Shown here: piece after piece, positions 12,425 to 24,157 of the stretch
Numbering within the stretch: position 1 is the stretch's first letter
Layout: the number at the start of each line of letters is the position of its first letter
Source: Eledone cirrhosa
Lineage: Eukaryota
DNA: 64,000 nucleotides
Assembly: GCA_964016885.1 (NCBI GenBank)
Contig: OZ024745.1
Span: forward strand, 9,610,001 to 9,674,000
Reading direction: 5' to 3'
The notes under the pieces: model-generated
Seen by the model: the letters and a program-made list of their open reading frames with translations, nothing else
Databases searched by the model: none
What the model was told of the DNA's origin: nothing
Position numbers and translations under genes: made by a program

Positions 12425-13015
12425 ATGAAAGCTCCAGCCTACGTGATGATGGACAGACAGAAGAAAACTGCTATTGTGACATCCATGGATGAAGTGTGTG
12501 ATAAAACAGAACATTGTCCAGAAAATCAAGTCTGTCATCTATGTACAGAACCAGAGAACTTCCGAAATCGATGGGTTGAATGTGGCAAATGTGTTTCTGT
12601 CCGTCTTCAATGTGCCACAAACTTTCGAAAGATCCTAGGTCAGAAAAAGAGACACAATATTTCTATGATGGGTGGACTCTGGGAAATGGTCCAGCTACCA
12701 AATTGGTCCTTTCAGTGCCTGGTCTGTGTGTCTGCCTATACCATTTCTGTTGAACAACAACAAAAACTGACGACCTTGGCTTCTGCTACTACTGTTGAAG
12801 AACATCATCAACAACAGCAACCCACGTCTTCCCCTCCCATTACTTCTCAACAACAACCGACGACTGTGTCTTCCCCTACCAATCCTGTTGAAGAAGAAGA
12901 ACAAAAATCGACCATCAATACAGAGTTTGCGGAAATATGACAAATGATTTCCGCTTTAAGCCGAGAAATAGCAGGAATCAAATCAAGCGTTCGTCTGGAA
13001 CCTCACCATGAGTGA
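12425..13015 (+). pseudogene. PHD-finger-like / low-complexity / short coiled-coil ORF in the gag position of the Gypsy remnant
   Basis: CHLC-x9-VECGKC-VSV(R)LQC-x34-CLVC. The expected His reads CGT (Arg). A Q/T/S/P-rich linker follows. The frame continues past TGA 12938-12940 as QMISALSREIAGIKSS. Confidence 0.5.
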
Positions 13016-13094
13016 TCTTACCTTGCTAAAAAATCTCCCTAAAGCTCTTACCGAATCTAGACACATTGAGAAAGCCACTGAATCTGTAAATTAT

Positions 13095-15230
13095 CGTGAC
13101 CTACTCAACAAAATTTCAAAACACGTATTTCTTGAAAATAGATCTAAAGGCGGCTTATCACCAAATAAATACCCATCAAATCTTCCGTCTTTAAGTTGAC
13201 TGCATTCGAAGCCTGTGGCTGACTATACGAATTTACCCGTCTTCTGTTTAGATGCACAAATGCCGTTCCAATTTTCCAACGAATAATGGACACTTTCATA
13301 GACAATTACAACTTACAAAATACCTACTCATACCTTGACGACATTATTATAGGAGGAGACAGCCGAAGAACAAAACCATAACCTAAAACAATTAATGAAT
13401 GCAGCTAACAATACAGGTATGCAATTGAATCGAGACAAATGTAGCTTTAATCAAAATAGAATACATTTCCTTGGATATGTCATAGAAAAAGGTAAATTAA
13501 GACCGGACCCTGAAAGGTATAAAGCCCTTATTGACATGCCGTTCCCAAAGACGTTAAAAGAGTTGAACCGGATAATCGGTCTTTTTGCATACTATGCTAA
13601 ATGGATTAAGGGCTCTTCTAACCTCTCAGTCGTTCTTACAAAGGCAAGAAACACCATTGATAAACAAGGTCTATCAAACAAAGAAAAATCTACTATTAAT
13701 AAGATGAAGGAAGAACTCATAAAGGCATCACTGTGTTCACCCGATTTCACTGCACCATTTATAATCGAAACCAACGCATCAGATATTGCCATTGGCGGAA
13801 CTCTATCACAAAATGGTCGTCCAATTGCTTTTCTTAGTAGGATCTAAATAAGTCAGAAAGAGGACATTCCATCAACGAAAAGGAAACTTGCGCAATTATA
13901 GAATGTTGTAGAAACTGGAGGCATATGATCAGCGCTGTTCCACATTGTAATATCATAACAGACCAACGATCGGTTGCATTTGCGTTCAACAAAAAACACA
14001 CTTCCAAGATTAAAAACGAGAAGGTAGCCCGTTGGCAACTGGAGCTAAGCGATCTTAACCCTACCTTCTCATTAAACCAAGCCGCAGACGCCCTATCGCG
14101 CTGCTGCTCTACTAAGACGGAACACGAATTATACAATATTCACTCACGTCTATGTCATCCGGGGGTCACCAGACTTCTACATTATTGTAAATCAATGAAC
14201 TTGGCATATCCTATTAATGAAATAAGAGAAGTTATCGCCAATTGCAAAATATGCCGTGAATTAAACCACAATTCTATAAACCACCCAAAGGAAGATTAAT
14301 ACATGCGACAAGACCCTGGGAAAGACTATCAATGGACTTTGTGGGTCCCATGGCTATCTCAAACGGTTTTCGATTTATGTTAACTATAGTTGACGAGTAC
14401 TCACGTTTTCCATTCGCCATTCACTGTAAAGAGATAACAACGGACGTAGTAATTAAACATCTATTGGAGATATTCTCTATATTTGGAAAACCCAGTTCGA
14501 TTCATACAGATAGGGGACGTCAATTTGAATCACAAAAACTCAAAGATTTATTATGGAATAATAACATTATAAAAAGCCACACCACACCATATCGACCCCA
14601 AGCCAACGGCCAATGCGAAAGAGTTAACGGCACAATATGCAAAGCGATAATCTCAATAAAAATGAATGGAGTAACATGATTCCAATCGCTCTGTCGTCTA
14701 TCCGAGGATTGCTTTGCACTGCTACAAACGCCACACCACATGAAAGAGTATTTTCATTCACCAGATTGACAAACAACGGCACAGAAATACCAGAGTTTCT
14801 AAATAAACCGGGCACAATCGTGCTACATTGACGTCACATAAGGAATAAAGGTGATGATCTCACGGAAAACGTTCAACTCATCGAGACGATCTCACCTCAC
14901 TTTGCCAAGGTACAATTTAATAATGGAAGAATAGACAGTCTCAACTACAAATCTCGCATCACCAGAAAACAATGGAAATTCAACAACATCGGAGTGTCAG
15001 AATAATAACTCCCCAAAAGACACCAATTTAACTCAACCAACAGCAATATCTACACCTGTGGCAGTTGGGAACGAAAGTGTCATCTACCGCCGATAACAAT
15101 CCTACAGAGAGTGCTGAATTCGACGACGATGAATCTTCTGACACATTCTTAACCTCGAATAACACACCCCAACAACAAAGAACACGGCGAGGATGCTTAG
15201 TAGTGAGGCCAATGTGATACAACAATTAAC
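13095..15230 (+). mobile_element. Ty3/Gypsy LTR retrotransposon pol remnant (RT, RNase H, integrase), frameshifted
   Basis: FLKIDLKAAYHQI (~13129), SYLDDIII (~13328), KCSF..IHFLG, ETNASDIAIGGTLSQ (RNase H), HSRLCHPG..CKIC, MDFVGP, VDEYSRF, HTDRGRQF and TPYRPQANGQCERVN. The order RT-RH-IN is Gypsy-type. Confidence 0.93.
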
Positions 15231-15233
15231 GCT

Positions 15234-15415
15234 AGAGGGAAAGAATGTGATGATATGATTTGTTTTATAGCATCACCTTCTTCTCTTTGATTCGATTCCT
15301 TTTTATTCTTATTTGTTGTATTGTTAACCCATACTAATTTCTTCTCTTATTGACTCTTTCTATATTATTCTTAGATTGAATAAAAACCTTTGATTTCGTA
15401 CAAAATAATACAACA
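15234..15415 (+). mobile_element. Polypurine tract and probable 3' LTR (TG...CA, ~170 bp)
   Basis: AGAGGGAAAGAA (15234-15245) is followed directly by TGTGAT. AATAAA at ~15379; ends ...TACAACA at ~15415. No matching 5' LTR seen. Confidence 0.6.
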
Positions 15416-15804
15416 CATACGTACGTATATATATATGTATGTGTGTGTGGTCTGTCATTCAGTCTGCTAGAAATAGGACCCACATTCTCCCTCAAATCGT
15501 TGATTAGGGCCGGAACAACTTTGTCTGTCCTAGATGGGTTGGGGTCATAAGCCAGCCTCTTCCCCCGATAACGATGATAACTCCACAAATAAAAACAAGA
15601 AAATCAGCTGCAGAAATTCACACAAAAGTGACATTAGGTTTATTTCCCATCTTGCTAAAAATAGCAGCCAAAAGTTTCCCTCTCACCATGTTAGTGTTCT
15701 TGAGCAAGACACTTCATTTCTCATTGCTCCAGTCCACCTAGTTACATGTAGACAGATATATACATACACATCTGTTGCAGAGACACATATACACATACAT
15801 ACAA

Positions 15805-15945
15805 AGTCATTAAAACGTCTGAATGCCTTGTGGTATTTATTCTGAATCTCTGTGATCCGACTTCAAATCTTGCCTATGCCAACTTTGTCTTTCGTTCATT
15901 ACTAGTCGATAAATAAAGTACCAGTTTAATACTGGGGTAAATTCT
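15805..15945 (+). mobile_element. Degenerate SINE, family A
   Basis: ttcaaatc...aactttgtctttc...gtcgataaataaagtaccagtttaatactgggg. Confidence 0.6.
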
Positions 15946-16199
15946 TCCTCTCCATATCTCTTTCAGTACCTGCCAGAGTTTATAAAACAGAAATCACATT
16001 TGTTTTTATAATTATGTCAAACATTATATGAAGATGCCTCTTGGGCCAACTTGAAAATGTTGGGAGCCTGAAATTTGAAACTAATGTTCCTATACTAATG
16101 GCAGCTAATTAGGTAATTAGTTCATTAATGATATGACCAACATCACAAGCATATCTGGCTAAAGCAAATTTCATATACACATATATATATGTGTGTATA

Positions 16200-16490
16200 T
16201 CATCATTTTACGTACGCTTTTCCCTGCTTGCAAGGGTGGGACGGGAACTGATTCTGGCTTGATTTCTACAGCTGGATGCCCTTCCTAACACCAACTTCAT
16301 TTACAGTGAGTGCTGGGTGTTTTTTTTTTTCCGTGACACCTACACGACAACTTTGCAGTGGAATGATGGGGACCCCAGTCCTACCATCTCATTTCTACAG
16401 CTGAGTAAACTGGAGCAATGTGAAATAAAGTGTTTTGCTCAAGGAAACAACACATCACCCGGTCTGAGAATTGAACTCACAACCATGTGC
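16200..16490 (-). mobile_element. Adjacent family C and family B SINE fragments
   Basis: catcattttacgtacgcttttcc and ttctacagctggatgcccttcctaac, then cagctgagtaaactggagcaatgtgaaataaagtgttttgctcaagg. Confidence 0.6.
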
Positions 16491-16497
16491 CTCCATA

Positions 16498-16532
<35 letters not shown>

Positions 16533-16564
16533 GCATGCATGCGTGTGTGTGTGTGAATGTATAT

Positions 16565-17175
16565 ATCATCAACATCAGTTTACGTCTGCTTTTCCCTGCT
16601 TGTAAGGGTAGGACGAGTCCTATTCAGCAGAGCATTTCTCCACTTGTCACGGTCCTTTGTCATCTCCTCGGTGAGTTTCAGCGATCTGAGGTCTGCTCTC
16701 ACCACCTTCGCCCATGTTTTTCGTGCTCTACCTCTACTGGGATTTCTTGGCATTTCTTAACCCAGCAGTCCTCCTCCATGCACATCACATATCCATACCA
16801 CCACAGTCTTCTCTCCCGCACACAACTTATCCCTCTTATACCCAGTTTCTCTCTCAACACATCCATGCTGGGTCATTTACGCACATTGACATTGCACATC
16901 CAACGGAGCATGCTTGCTTCATTTCTCTCCAGCCGTCGCATATCCTCTGCAGTTGCTGCCCATGTCTCACTACCATGCAGCATCGCGCTCCTCACACAGG
17001 TATCATATAACCGGCCTTCCATACATGGGGAGAAACCTTTGTCAACAGAGGAAGCAACTCCCTAAACTTCTTCCAACCCGTCATTCTAGATACTATGGCC
17101 ACGGAACCCCCCCCCCCCATGCTAATCTGATCACCTAAGTACCGGAAGCTATCAACTACTTCTATAGAACCCATA
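16565..17175 (-). mobile_element. RTE-clade LINE 3' end (RT C-terminal part and tail)
   Basis: IEVVDSFRYLG...WKKFRELLPLL and a MLHGSETW-type region; RTE tail at ~16565-16610; homologous to 25980-26440. Confidence 0.85.
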
Positions 17176-17185
17176 TCACTAGTGT

Positions 17186-17435
17186 ATATGCAATATTTAA
17201 TACCGAATTGGCTTGTATAGGACTAGGACTTTTACATTCAAATGAAATAGAATTTTATATGCAATATATAATAGAAAAATGACTTCTAAAGAACTAGAAC
17301 ACTTTAATTTGAAGGATAATTAGTAGATTATATGCAATATTTAATACAGAAATGGTTCTAAAGGACTAGAACTCTTTATTTTGTATGAAATAATATTATA
17401 TATGCCATATTTAATAAAGAAATTGCTTCTAAATT
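17186..17435. repeat. Diverged minisatellite, ~3.5 copies of ~70-73 bp
   Basis: tatgcaatatttaata..gaaatgg.ttctaaaggactagaac recurs at ~17187, 17258, 17331 and 17401. Confidence 0.8.
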
Positions 17436-18089
17436 GCCATATGATGCTTATGTTTGCCAGGGGGAGATAATTACATGATTGAGTGTATGACACGTGCGCA
17501 TATACCCACATTATAGACGAACGGCGGTGAATTTGATTTCGGTGAAAGTTTGCTAAGCGTCAACAACTGTTTACTAAGTTGTGTTTCATTGTTTGAACAA
17601 ACGGACCGTATTCTTCTTACTCTCCTTTCTCCTCCATGGAAGCAAATAAGACACTTATTTTACAAGAGAGTCACTTCAGAAAATTACTTTATCAATATTG
17701 ATACAACGCATAATAGTGATAACCATTTCAATGCAACAACTAACTTAAACAATAATATTAATGATATAAGGAAATATAGTTCAGAGGAAATTTAACAGAA
17801 GAAATGAATTAAGAGAGGAAAATAGAATTTCTCACAATGAAGCAAGACGAGGGAGGTAGCAGAAAGACGAAGGTATGTTAAACTGCGTAGTTCTATTAAA
17901 TATTTAATTGGTTTTATTTACAGGTGTTTAAATAACATTACAAATTGTTCAGTTCTTTCAGAATGAAAATAAAAACACATATAATACAATGTGTATAAAA
18001 ATATCTCTATTTGATTTATAGCTTTGAAAAACTCACAATTTATTTATGAAAATGCAAAGGAACGGAGCCAACAGCAGCGAGGGGTAAAT

Positions 18090-18300
18090 TTTTCAGCCTG
18101 TGGGGAGTCGGGCCGCTGACTGCGAGGTTCCTCGCTTCACTGGCGGCTCGCCTAATAGAGGTAACTGGCGAGGGCGCTTGTTTCTTCCAGCACCTCAGCC
18201 TCGCCATCACTCGAGGTAACATTGCCAGTGTGCTGGCTTGCCTCAAAAATCATTAGAGAGGTTGCCCAGTACCCTGGTGTTGGCTCCGTTTTCCACCCCT
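18090..18300 (+). mobile_element. 3' end of a CRE-like (restriction-like endonuclease) non-LTR retrotransposon
   Basis: GC-rich island. Frame 18110-18256 reads GPLTARFLASLAARLIEVTGEGACFFQHLSLAITRGNIASVLACLKNH*, resembling the CRE-type C-terminal motif (FQRLS.A.QRGNA..V) as I recall it. Confidence 0.65.
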
Positions 18301-18694
18301 TCAATTTATACTGTTACTTAATCATTTGTAGTGTTATGTATATATTTAAAACATTTGTTATTCTACTGTAAATTTATTTATATGCTTTGTATATATATGT
18401 GTTTATATTTTCACTCCCATTTGTAACGTTATTTAATATATAATAATTGTTTCTACTTTTGGCACAAAGCCGGCAAATATCCAGTGTATTACTGGTACTT
18501 TAATATATAATAAAATTTCAAATTGTAAGATGTAAATAATTGTTCCAAATGTATTTAGTTGATAACAAACTATCAAATTTCTTTTATTCACAGTTGTATA
18601 AATAACATTAGAAATCGTTTGTAATTCTTTCAGAATGAAAATATAAACAGAGCATATAAATAAATTTACAGTAGAATAACATAAGTTTTAAATA

Positions 18695-18787
18695 CAGTGA
18701 TACCTTGAGATACGAGTGAACCGACATAGGAGCTTTTTTTAGATACGAGCCCTCACTCGGCTAATTTTTTGCCTTGTGATACGAGCT
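18695..18787 (+). mobile_element. Tigger/pogo-type terminal sequence (single end)
   Basis: TA followed by CAGTGATACCTTGAGATACGAG, with gatacgag repeated three times. No partner TIR located. Confidence 0.45.
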
Positions 18788-19029
18788 AGCGCGTGCCTGA
18801 GAGGGGTGCAGAATTAATTTCGCCCGGTGAACTCCAACCAAAGTTACTCCCGTCGTTTATATCCGTAAAGTGACTAAAGATTAAAACAAATGTAATATAT
18901 TTACGGTTAGGGGATACTTGGTTTTAGTGTCCTAAATTATCATCGGCATTCAATTATTAGCGTCATCAGCTGCTGCTGTTTGATTTTTACATGTTAATTT
19001 TCTGACATGCTTCATTTTTACACGAAAAA

Positions 19030-19255
19030 ACATTGAATTTTTAGAATAAATATTTATTAAAATATTAACAGAGAAAATTAGATTTTTGATTTAATTTTTG
19101 AACAAAATAAATATTTATTTACAGTTTTTCACAGAAAAACTATGCTTCATTTTTACATGAATATTTATTTACAGTTTTTAACAGAAAAAATATTGCTGCG
19201 AAATACATTTTTTTTTCTTTAACAGATTTACAGTTTTTAACAGAAAAAAAAATTC
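19030..19255. repeat. AT-rich irregular tandem repeats (tatttatttacagtttttaacagaaaaa)
   Basis: About 4 imperfect copies directly upstream of the Merlin fragment. Confidence 0.7.
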
Positions 19256-19299
19256 TTTAAATAATATATTGTTGCGATATACAGTAAATTTTTTTTACC

Positions 19300-19625
19300 G
19301 GTGCAATTTTATGCGTGATGTATGTAGTGAATGGGTTGAGCAAAATCCGGCGATACTCGGTGGTCTTGAGACTGCTGCCTCTCATTGAAAGGCACTGTGC
19401 AAATGGATCTATGATCCATACAGATGAGTGGCGGGTATGCCTGGTCGTTATACACATCTCACTGTCAATCGTTCAAAGCATTTCGTTGATCCCATATCAA
19501 GTACACACGCGCAAAATATTGAGGGGGGTGTGGTCTGATGCCAACAAGAAACTAAAACGCATTAATGGTACCAGCCGACCAATATTTCAGTCGTATTTAA
19601 GGGAGTTTGAGTGGCAATGTCACGT
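19300..19625 (+). mobile_element. Merlin / IS1595-like DDE transposase remnant
   Basis: Across frameshifts: LLPLIERHCANGSMIHTDEW / YTHLTVNRSKHFVDPISSTHTQNIE / VWSDANKKLKRINGTSRPIFQSYLREFEW, matching ISXO2/Merlin motifs. Confidence 0.85.
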
Positions 19626-20149
19626 ATCCAACTGGTGAAGGTAAATGTTTCGAAAAAAATGTAGTTGTTCTAATGCAGTTTATATATAATATCGTCTTTG
19701 TTTTAATGCGTAGTGGAACTACGTCGCACTTCACAATACCAACATTTGCATACGCAATAATTTCAGCTGACCAATGGGAGGTTGCGTATGAATACATGGG
19801 CAGTCTCACTCTCTTGTTAAAAACCCGACACAGTTGACGCGTACCAGACACAGTTGACGCGTGAAGATGTAGCTATAAAAAATGGTGACCTGGCTGTAAA
19901 GAATACATCCTTCACACACATAAAAAAAAAATGTCGAGTTTACAATAACACAATATTTTGTTTGCACATGGCATTTTTGTCCAATGTGGCGACTCACCTC
20001 CTATTTCTTCATCACTTATTCCCGCGCTTTTACTTTGGCCAACATAAGCGCACTCTTTACTGTTTCAAGGATACTACGGACTTCAAAAAATTATTTTTAA
20101 ATGTTTTGTTCGCAACTATTTTGTTAAAGTTTACGAACGTCTTTGATGA

Positions 20150-20465
20150 ACACCTTGGCGACTATACACCTACACAGCTCTTACGCTCATAACATTTTGG
20201 AGTACTCCGGCAATTCGACCACTACTACGCCTTCACGACTTGCATGAAAACTAGGCAACAAACCTTTAAATATTCTGTTCCGAGGGACTTTCCTCGTGGA
20301 CCCATGTTTTTGTCAGAAATGACGGTGAGAAGACCTCTCACTCCACCTTATTCTGGACCCTATCGTGTACTTGCACGTAGAGATAAACATTTCACCTTTG
20401 ACTTTAATGGACATAAAGACACACTCTATTGACAGACTAAAGCGGGCCTACACAGATGCTCTCAC
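20150..20465 (+). mobile_element. Second Gypsy remnant: integrase C-terminal GPY/F region (CsRN1-like)
   Basis: THVFVRND / VRRPLTPPYSGPYRVLARRDKHFTFDFNGHKDT / SIDRLKRA, with frameshifts. Confidence 0.8.
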
Positions 20466-21265
20466 ATCAGAGCCTCATACTCCCCTCTGCTACAATGTGT
20501 CAATACAAGCACCACCGCAAACACCACAATCACATTCAAACACTCCTTTACTTTCAACATACATCAAACTGACCAATGGGAAGTTGCGTATGACAGACCG
20601 AACTGACTTGCAGATGATACATCGCGCGAAAATTTATTGTAAAATGACTCCTACAATCCTTTTCGACAAATAAAATTATATTTATAGAGGAGTGAGCATT
20701 GAAGAGCTATTTATTTATATCCTGGAAGTCAGAAGCATTTACTACCGATAAGAAGCTACCAACTCTTCGATTAAGGTATTTCAATTATATCACTTATAAC
20801 TAATATCCTTCGAAGACCTATAACAACAATGTAAAATCATATAGATAATATTTAGCCCCTCATCCTTATCTATAAATGTATCATTTATCACATAAGACAG
20901 TGTAACACAGTCTTCGTTCAACTAATGTGTATATTGTCAATTGCGATTTTATTTGACGTATCATATCTACATGTATATATACTTGCGTATAATATCAATA
21001 TACACACTACACATGCTAGCAGAAAACCACCCGTAGTATATATATATATAGCGTAGAGTGTAGCTAGTGTATGTATGTATATATAAGTATGTATGTATAT
21101 ATATGTGTGTGTAAAAATGTCAATAATGACCTTTTTTTTTTTTTGACAAAAAACTTGAATTTAAGTTGTCATGTTTACCTTAATTAACATTTTAAAAGAA
21201 AAGTTGGTTATTTTGACATCCCCCCCCCCCTCCCCAAACTAAAAACAAGACATAAAAATTTAAAT

Positions 21266-22075
21266 TTAAGTTTTAATTGTAAAAGTAACATTATCATATT
21301 TTAGCTCCTTGAGTTCCTTAAGTGCGTATTTCAGCTCGTATTCCCCATTTTCTAAACACAATGCTTTTGCAACCGAATCTTCACTCATTGAATTCTGTAT
21401 TCGTAGACCTGACTTTTCCCAGCAATTTACAATTGTCTCTTTTACAACCGAATCCCATGCCTGGACTGACCAAAAATACCATGCAATAACTGTTTTTACT
21501 TTTGCCAGCAATTATTCCAGTGCATCACTGGTACTTTATTTATCGACCCTATAAGGATGAAAGGCCAAGTTGAACTCGGAAAATAAAGGGGCGTAACTCA
21601 TGACGTTCCTTTTAAATTGACACTTTCACATCTTTATTAACCAACTTTATTAATAAAAATCGTATTGTAGTTGCTTTTGAATGACCAAATTATTCCTTGG
21701 TCTAAAGGTTGTAATTTTGTAGTTGTGTTCGAGGGTAGAAAAAAAAAAGTTTTATATTTTAAAAGCTTTGTTTGTGGCATGCTGCATTATCAAGGAGCAA
21801 TAATACTTTTCTCTATTGTTTAAAAAATTCGTAATTGATTTCTTTTAGGTAAAATGAAAATATATTGTCTGTCATCCATCCGTAATGTTCTTTTTATAAT
21901 AAAATTCCTGTTTAGAAATGTCAATATTCTTGAAACAACGAGGTTTAAGGCTTTTTTCAGTAAAAAGGGGTTTAAACTTTTCACCAGTTGCACTACATGT
22001 GAATAGTACTGTAATTCTCTTTTGATTCCTCTAATTTTGTATTATCATCGTTAAGAAAAACATAACTTTTAGTCC
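21266..22075 (-). mobile_element. Tigger/pogo (DDE_1) transposase remnant
   Basis: Minus strand: KERITVLFTCSATGEKFKPL..KPRCFKN (~22023-21925), GWMTDNIF (~21861), KVLLLLDNAACH (~21810), KLQPLDQGIIWSFK (~21718) and QAWDSVVKETIVNCWEKSGL. Interrupted by a family A SINE piece at ~21510-21600. Confidence 0.9.
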
Positions 22076-22727
22076 CTCTCCTTATTCCTACCCTTTGTCT
22101 CATCCTCGAATCCATATTCTCAGTCCCTGTCTCCTATTCCTTATCTCTCTATCTCTTACTTTTTATTATTTATTTAATCCTTTGATATTTTATTATACAA
22201 CTTGCCTTTTTATTTTGCTGAAACATATATCGTATTCCTTTTCATGTTATTGTTATCATTATTGTCATCACTATTTTACACATCCACTTACACTCTAACT
22301 TCTACTATTATCAGAAACCGTATTTTGTACTTATTTTTTATATCGTCATTCTTTCTTCTTTATACTTTTATTATTGTTTATCTTTTATTATTGATGTTTT
22401 CGTTTTCATTCACTCGATTCTCTGATGTATCTATAAATGCTAATGCCATGTGTTACACCCTCCAGTATTCCGATGATTTTATCAGAGCCACACACTGTAT
22501 TTAAGGTCGAGTGATTAGCGACTTTTAGACTCACCTGTTCAATGAAACAATTGTTAGTACTGTAAATAAAACCCTTTTTATACAGCCGACCATCTTACTC
22601 TTCATTCTTTCACTACTATTACTCCAAGATCGACCTGCATGGGAATTATTGCAAACTCGCTACCTAAGTAAGGAAACCTCTCACTGGATTACCTAAAACG
22701 ATAACTTGTTATCCCATGTGTATATAT

Positions 22728-23010
22728 CATCATCGTTTAAAGTCTATCTTCCACGCTAGCATGGGTTTAGACGGGAGATGTCCCACTTGAGGCAAGATTG
22801 GTTTTTCTCGCTCGTATAGGACTGTCTGGCAGGTTTTCTACGGTTGGGTGCCCTTCCTAACACCAACCACATTTAGTGTGGACTGGGAGGTTTTTACCGT
22901 GTTACCTACACGGGCACATTACAGCGTGGAGATTTTTTTTTTTTGTCGTGACATCTACACGACCTCATTTATTTAGGGCTGGATGTTGTGGTACCAACAT
23001 AACTTTACAG
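22728..23010 (-). mobile_element. RTE-tailed SINE-like element, family C
   Basis: catcatcgtttaaagtctatcttccacgctagcatgggtttagacgg, then ttttctacggttgggtgcccttcctaacaccaacc. Confidence 0.6.
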
Positions 23011-23244
23011 AGAAAGAGGTTGGAGGAGAGGGTAGTGGGATGCGGGTGTATTTTTGGTTAAGAGGTGCCTACTGACGAGGTTTCGCGTTGTACATAGACA
23101 AATCAGGTTTTCTGTATTACTGCGTAGTGCCAAAGATCTCTGTCCAGTGACATTGTCTTGGAGAGATGTATGTAAGGTCGGAATTTATCAGATCGTCCCA
23201 GGTTTTTCTGGGTCTGCCTACTCCGTAACTTCCATCAATTTTGA

Positions 23245-23944
23245 TATATATATATATATATGTGTGTATATATTTGTCCTGGGTATGACATTAAACTACA
23301 TCCAGTGGCAAGGCTCAAGTTCAGGAGGAACTGTGGGGAACGTGGAGTTACCCCCTTAGTTGTCATAACTCCCAGGTCTGCTCTGGCCTGGTGTAGTAGT
23401 ACCTGTTAGGGCCCCATTTATAGGTTAAATAATAAGATGACAGATCGGGGTACCCCTATCAAAGGCCTTCTCTAGGTCAACAAAGGCTAAGTATAGTGGC
23501 TTATTTTTCTCTAAGAACCTCTCTTGTAATTGTCTCATCAAGAAGAGGGCATCTGTTGTACTATTCCCAGGCACAAAACCAAACTGCATCTCATCTAGTT
23601 TGACCCTTTCTCTAATTAGTTGTGCTAATATCCTTTCTGCCACTTTCATAACCTGATCCATCAGTTTTATACCCCTATAATTTCTCCTCTCAAGAGCATC
23701 CCCTTTACTTTTGCACTAGTCTTTGGGTATGACACTGCCATATATAGCCTGATTGATGTGTGCAACCAGTTTAGTGCCTACGTCCCCTGAGGCCTTCAGC
23801 ATCTCAACAACTATCTCCGATGGTCCAGCAGCCTCACCATTTTTCATTTCCTTAATTGCCTCTTGGACCCTATATTCGTCAATCTCAATAGCTGGTTCTT
23901 CTGTCTGATCTACTGAGGGTAATTTCTCTCTCTCCCATATATAT

Positions 23945-23981
<37 letters not shown>

Positions 23982-24157
23982 CTTGAAATATTTGTAAATG
24001 TCTGAGAGATTGGCTAAATGTTTTACAGTGTACTGTGCCACTAAACTGCACCATACTAAATCACACTACACTACACTACACTGCACTGTACTGTTCACGC
24101 TAACGCTACTGTTTTCTATTTTGCAGTTATGATCAGTAAGAGAAAGGAAGTTATTTC
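23245..24157. repeat. Diverged partial paralog of the array unit (matches ~26500-27412): SINE core, RTE RT, (TA)n, pentamer tract, splice-acceptor segment
   Basis: Collinear with the unit but with scattered substitutions and small indels (e.g. gattgatgtg vs gattgatgatgtg; CACTA-rich vs CACTG-rich pentamers). Confidence 0.9.

Noticed and set aside
17186-17435. Repeat-spacer look suggesting a CRISPR-like array (also 6430-6530 and 4600-4790)
   Set aside because: The intervening sequences are themselves homologous, the context is eukaryotic and no cas genes are present. These are ordinary minisatellites.
17455-17485. gccagggggagataattacatgat resembles the U1 snRNA 5' region
   Set aside because: The match is short and gapped, with no ATACTTACCTG and no downstream U1 stems or Sm site.
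22080-22504. Hydrophobic ORFs 22095-22298 and 22202-22504 as membrane proteins
   Set aside because: T-rich low-complexity DNA yields F/L/I/Y-rich translations by composition alone.
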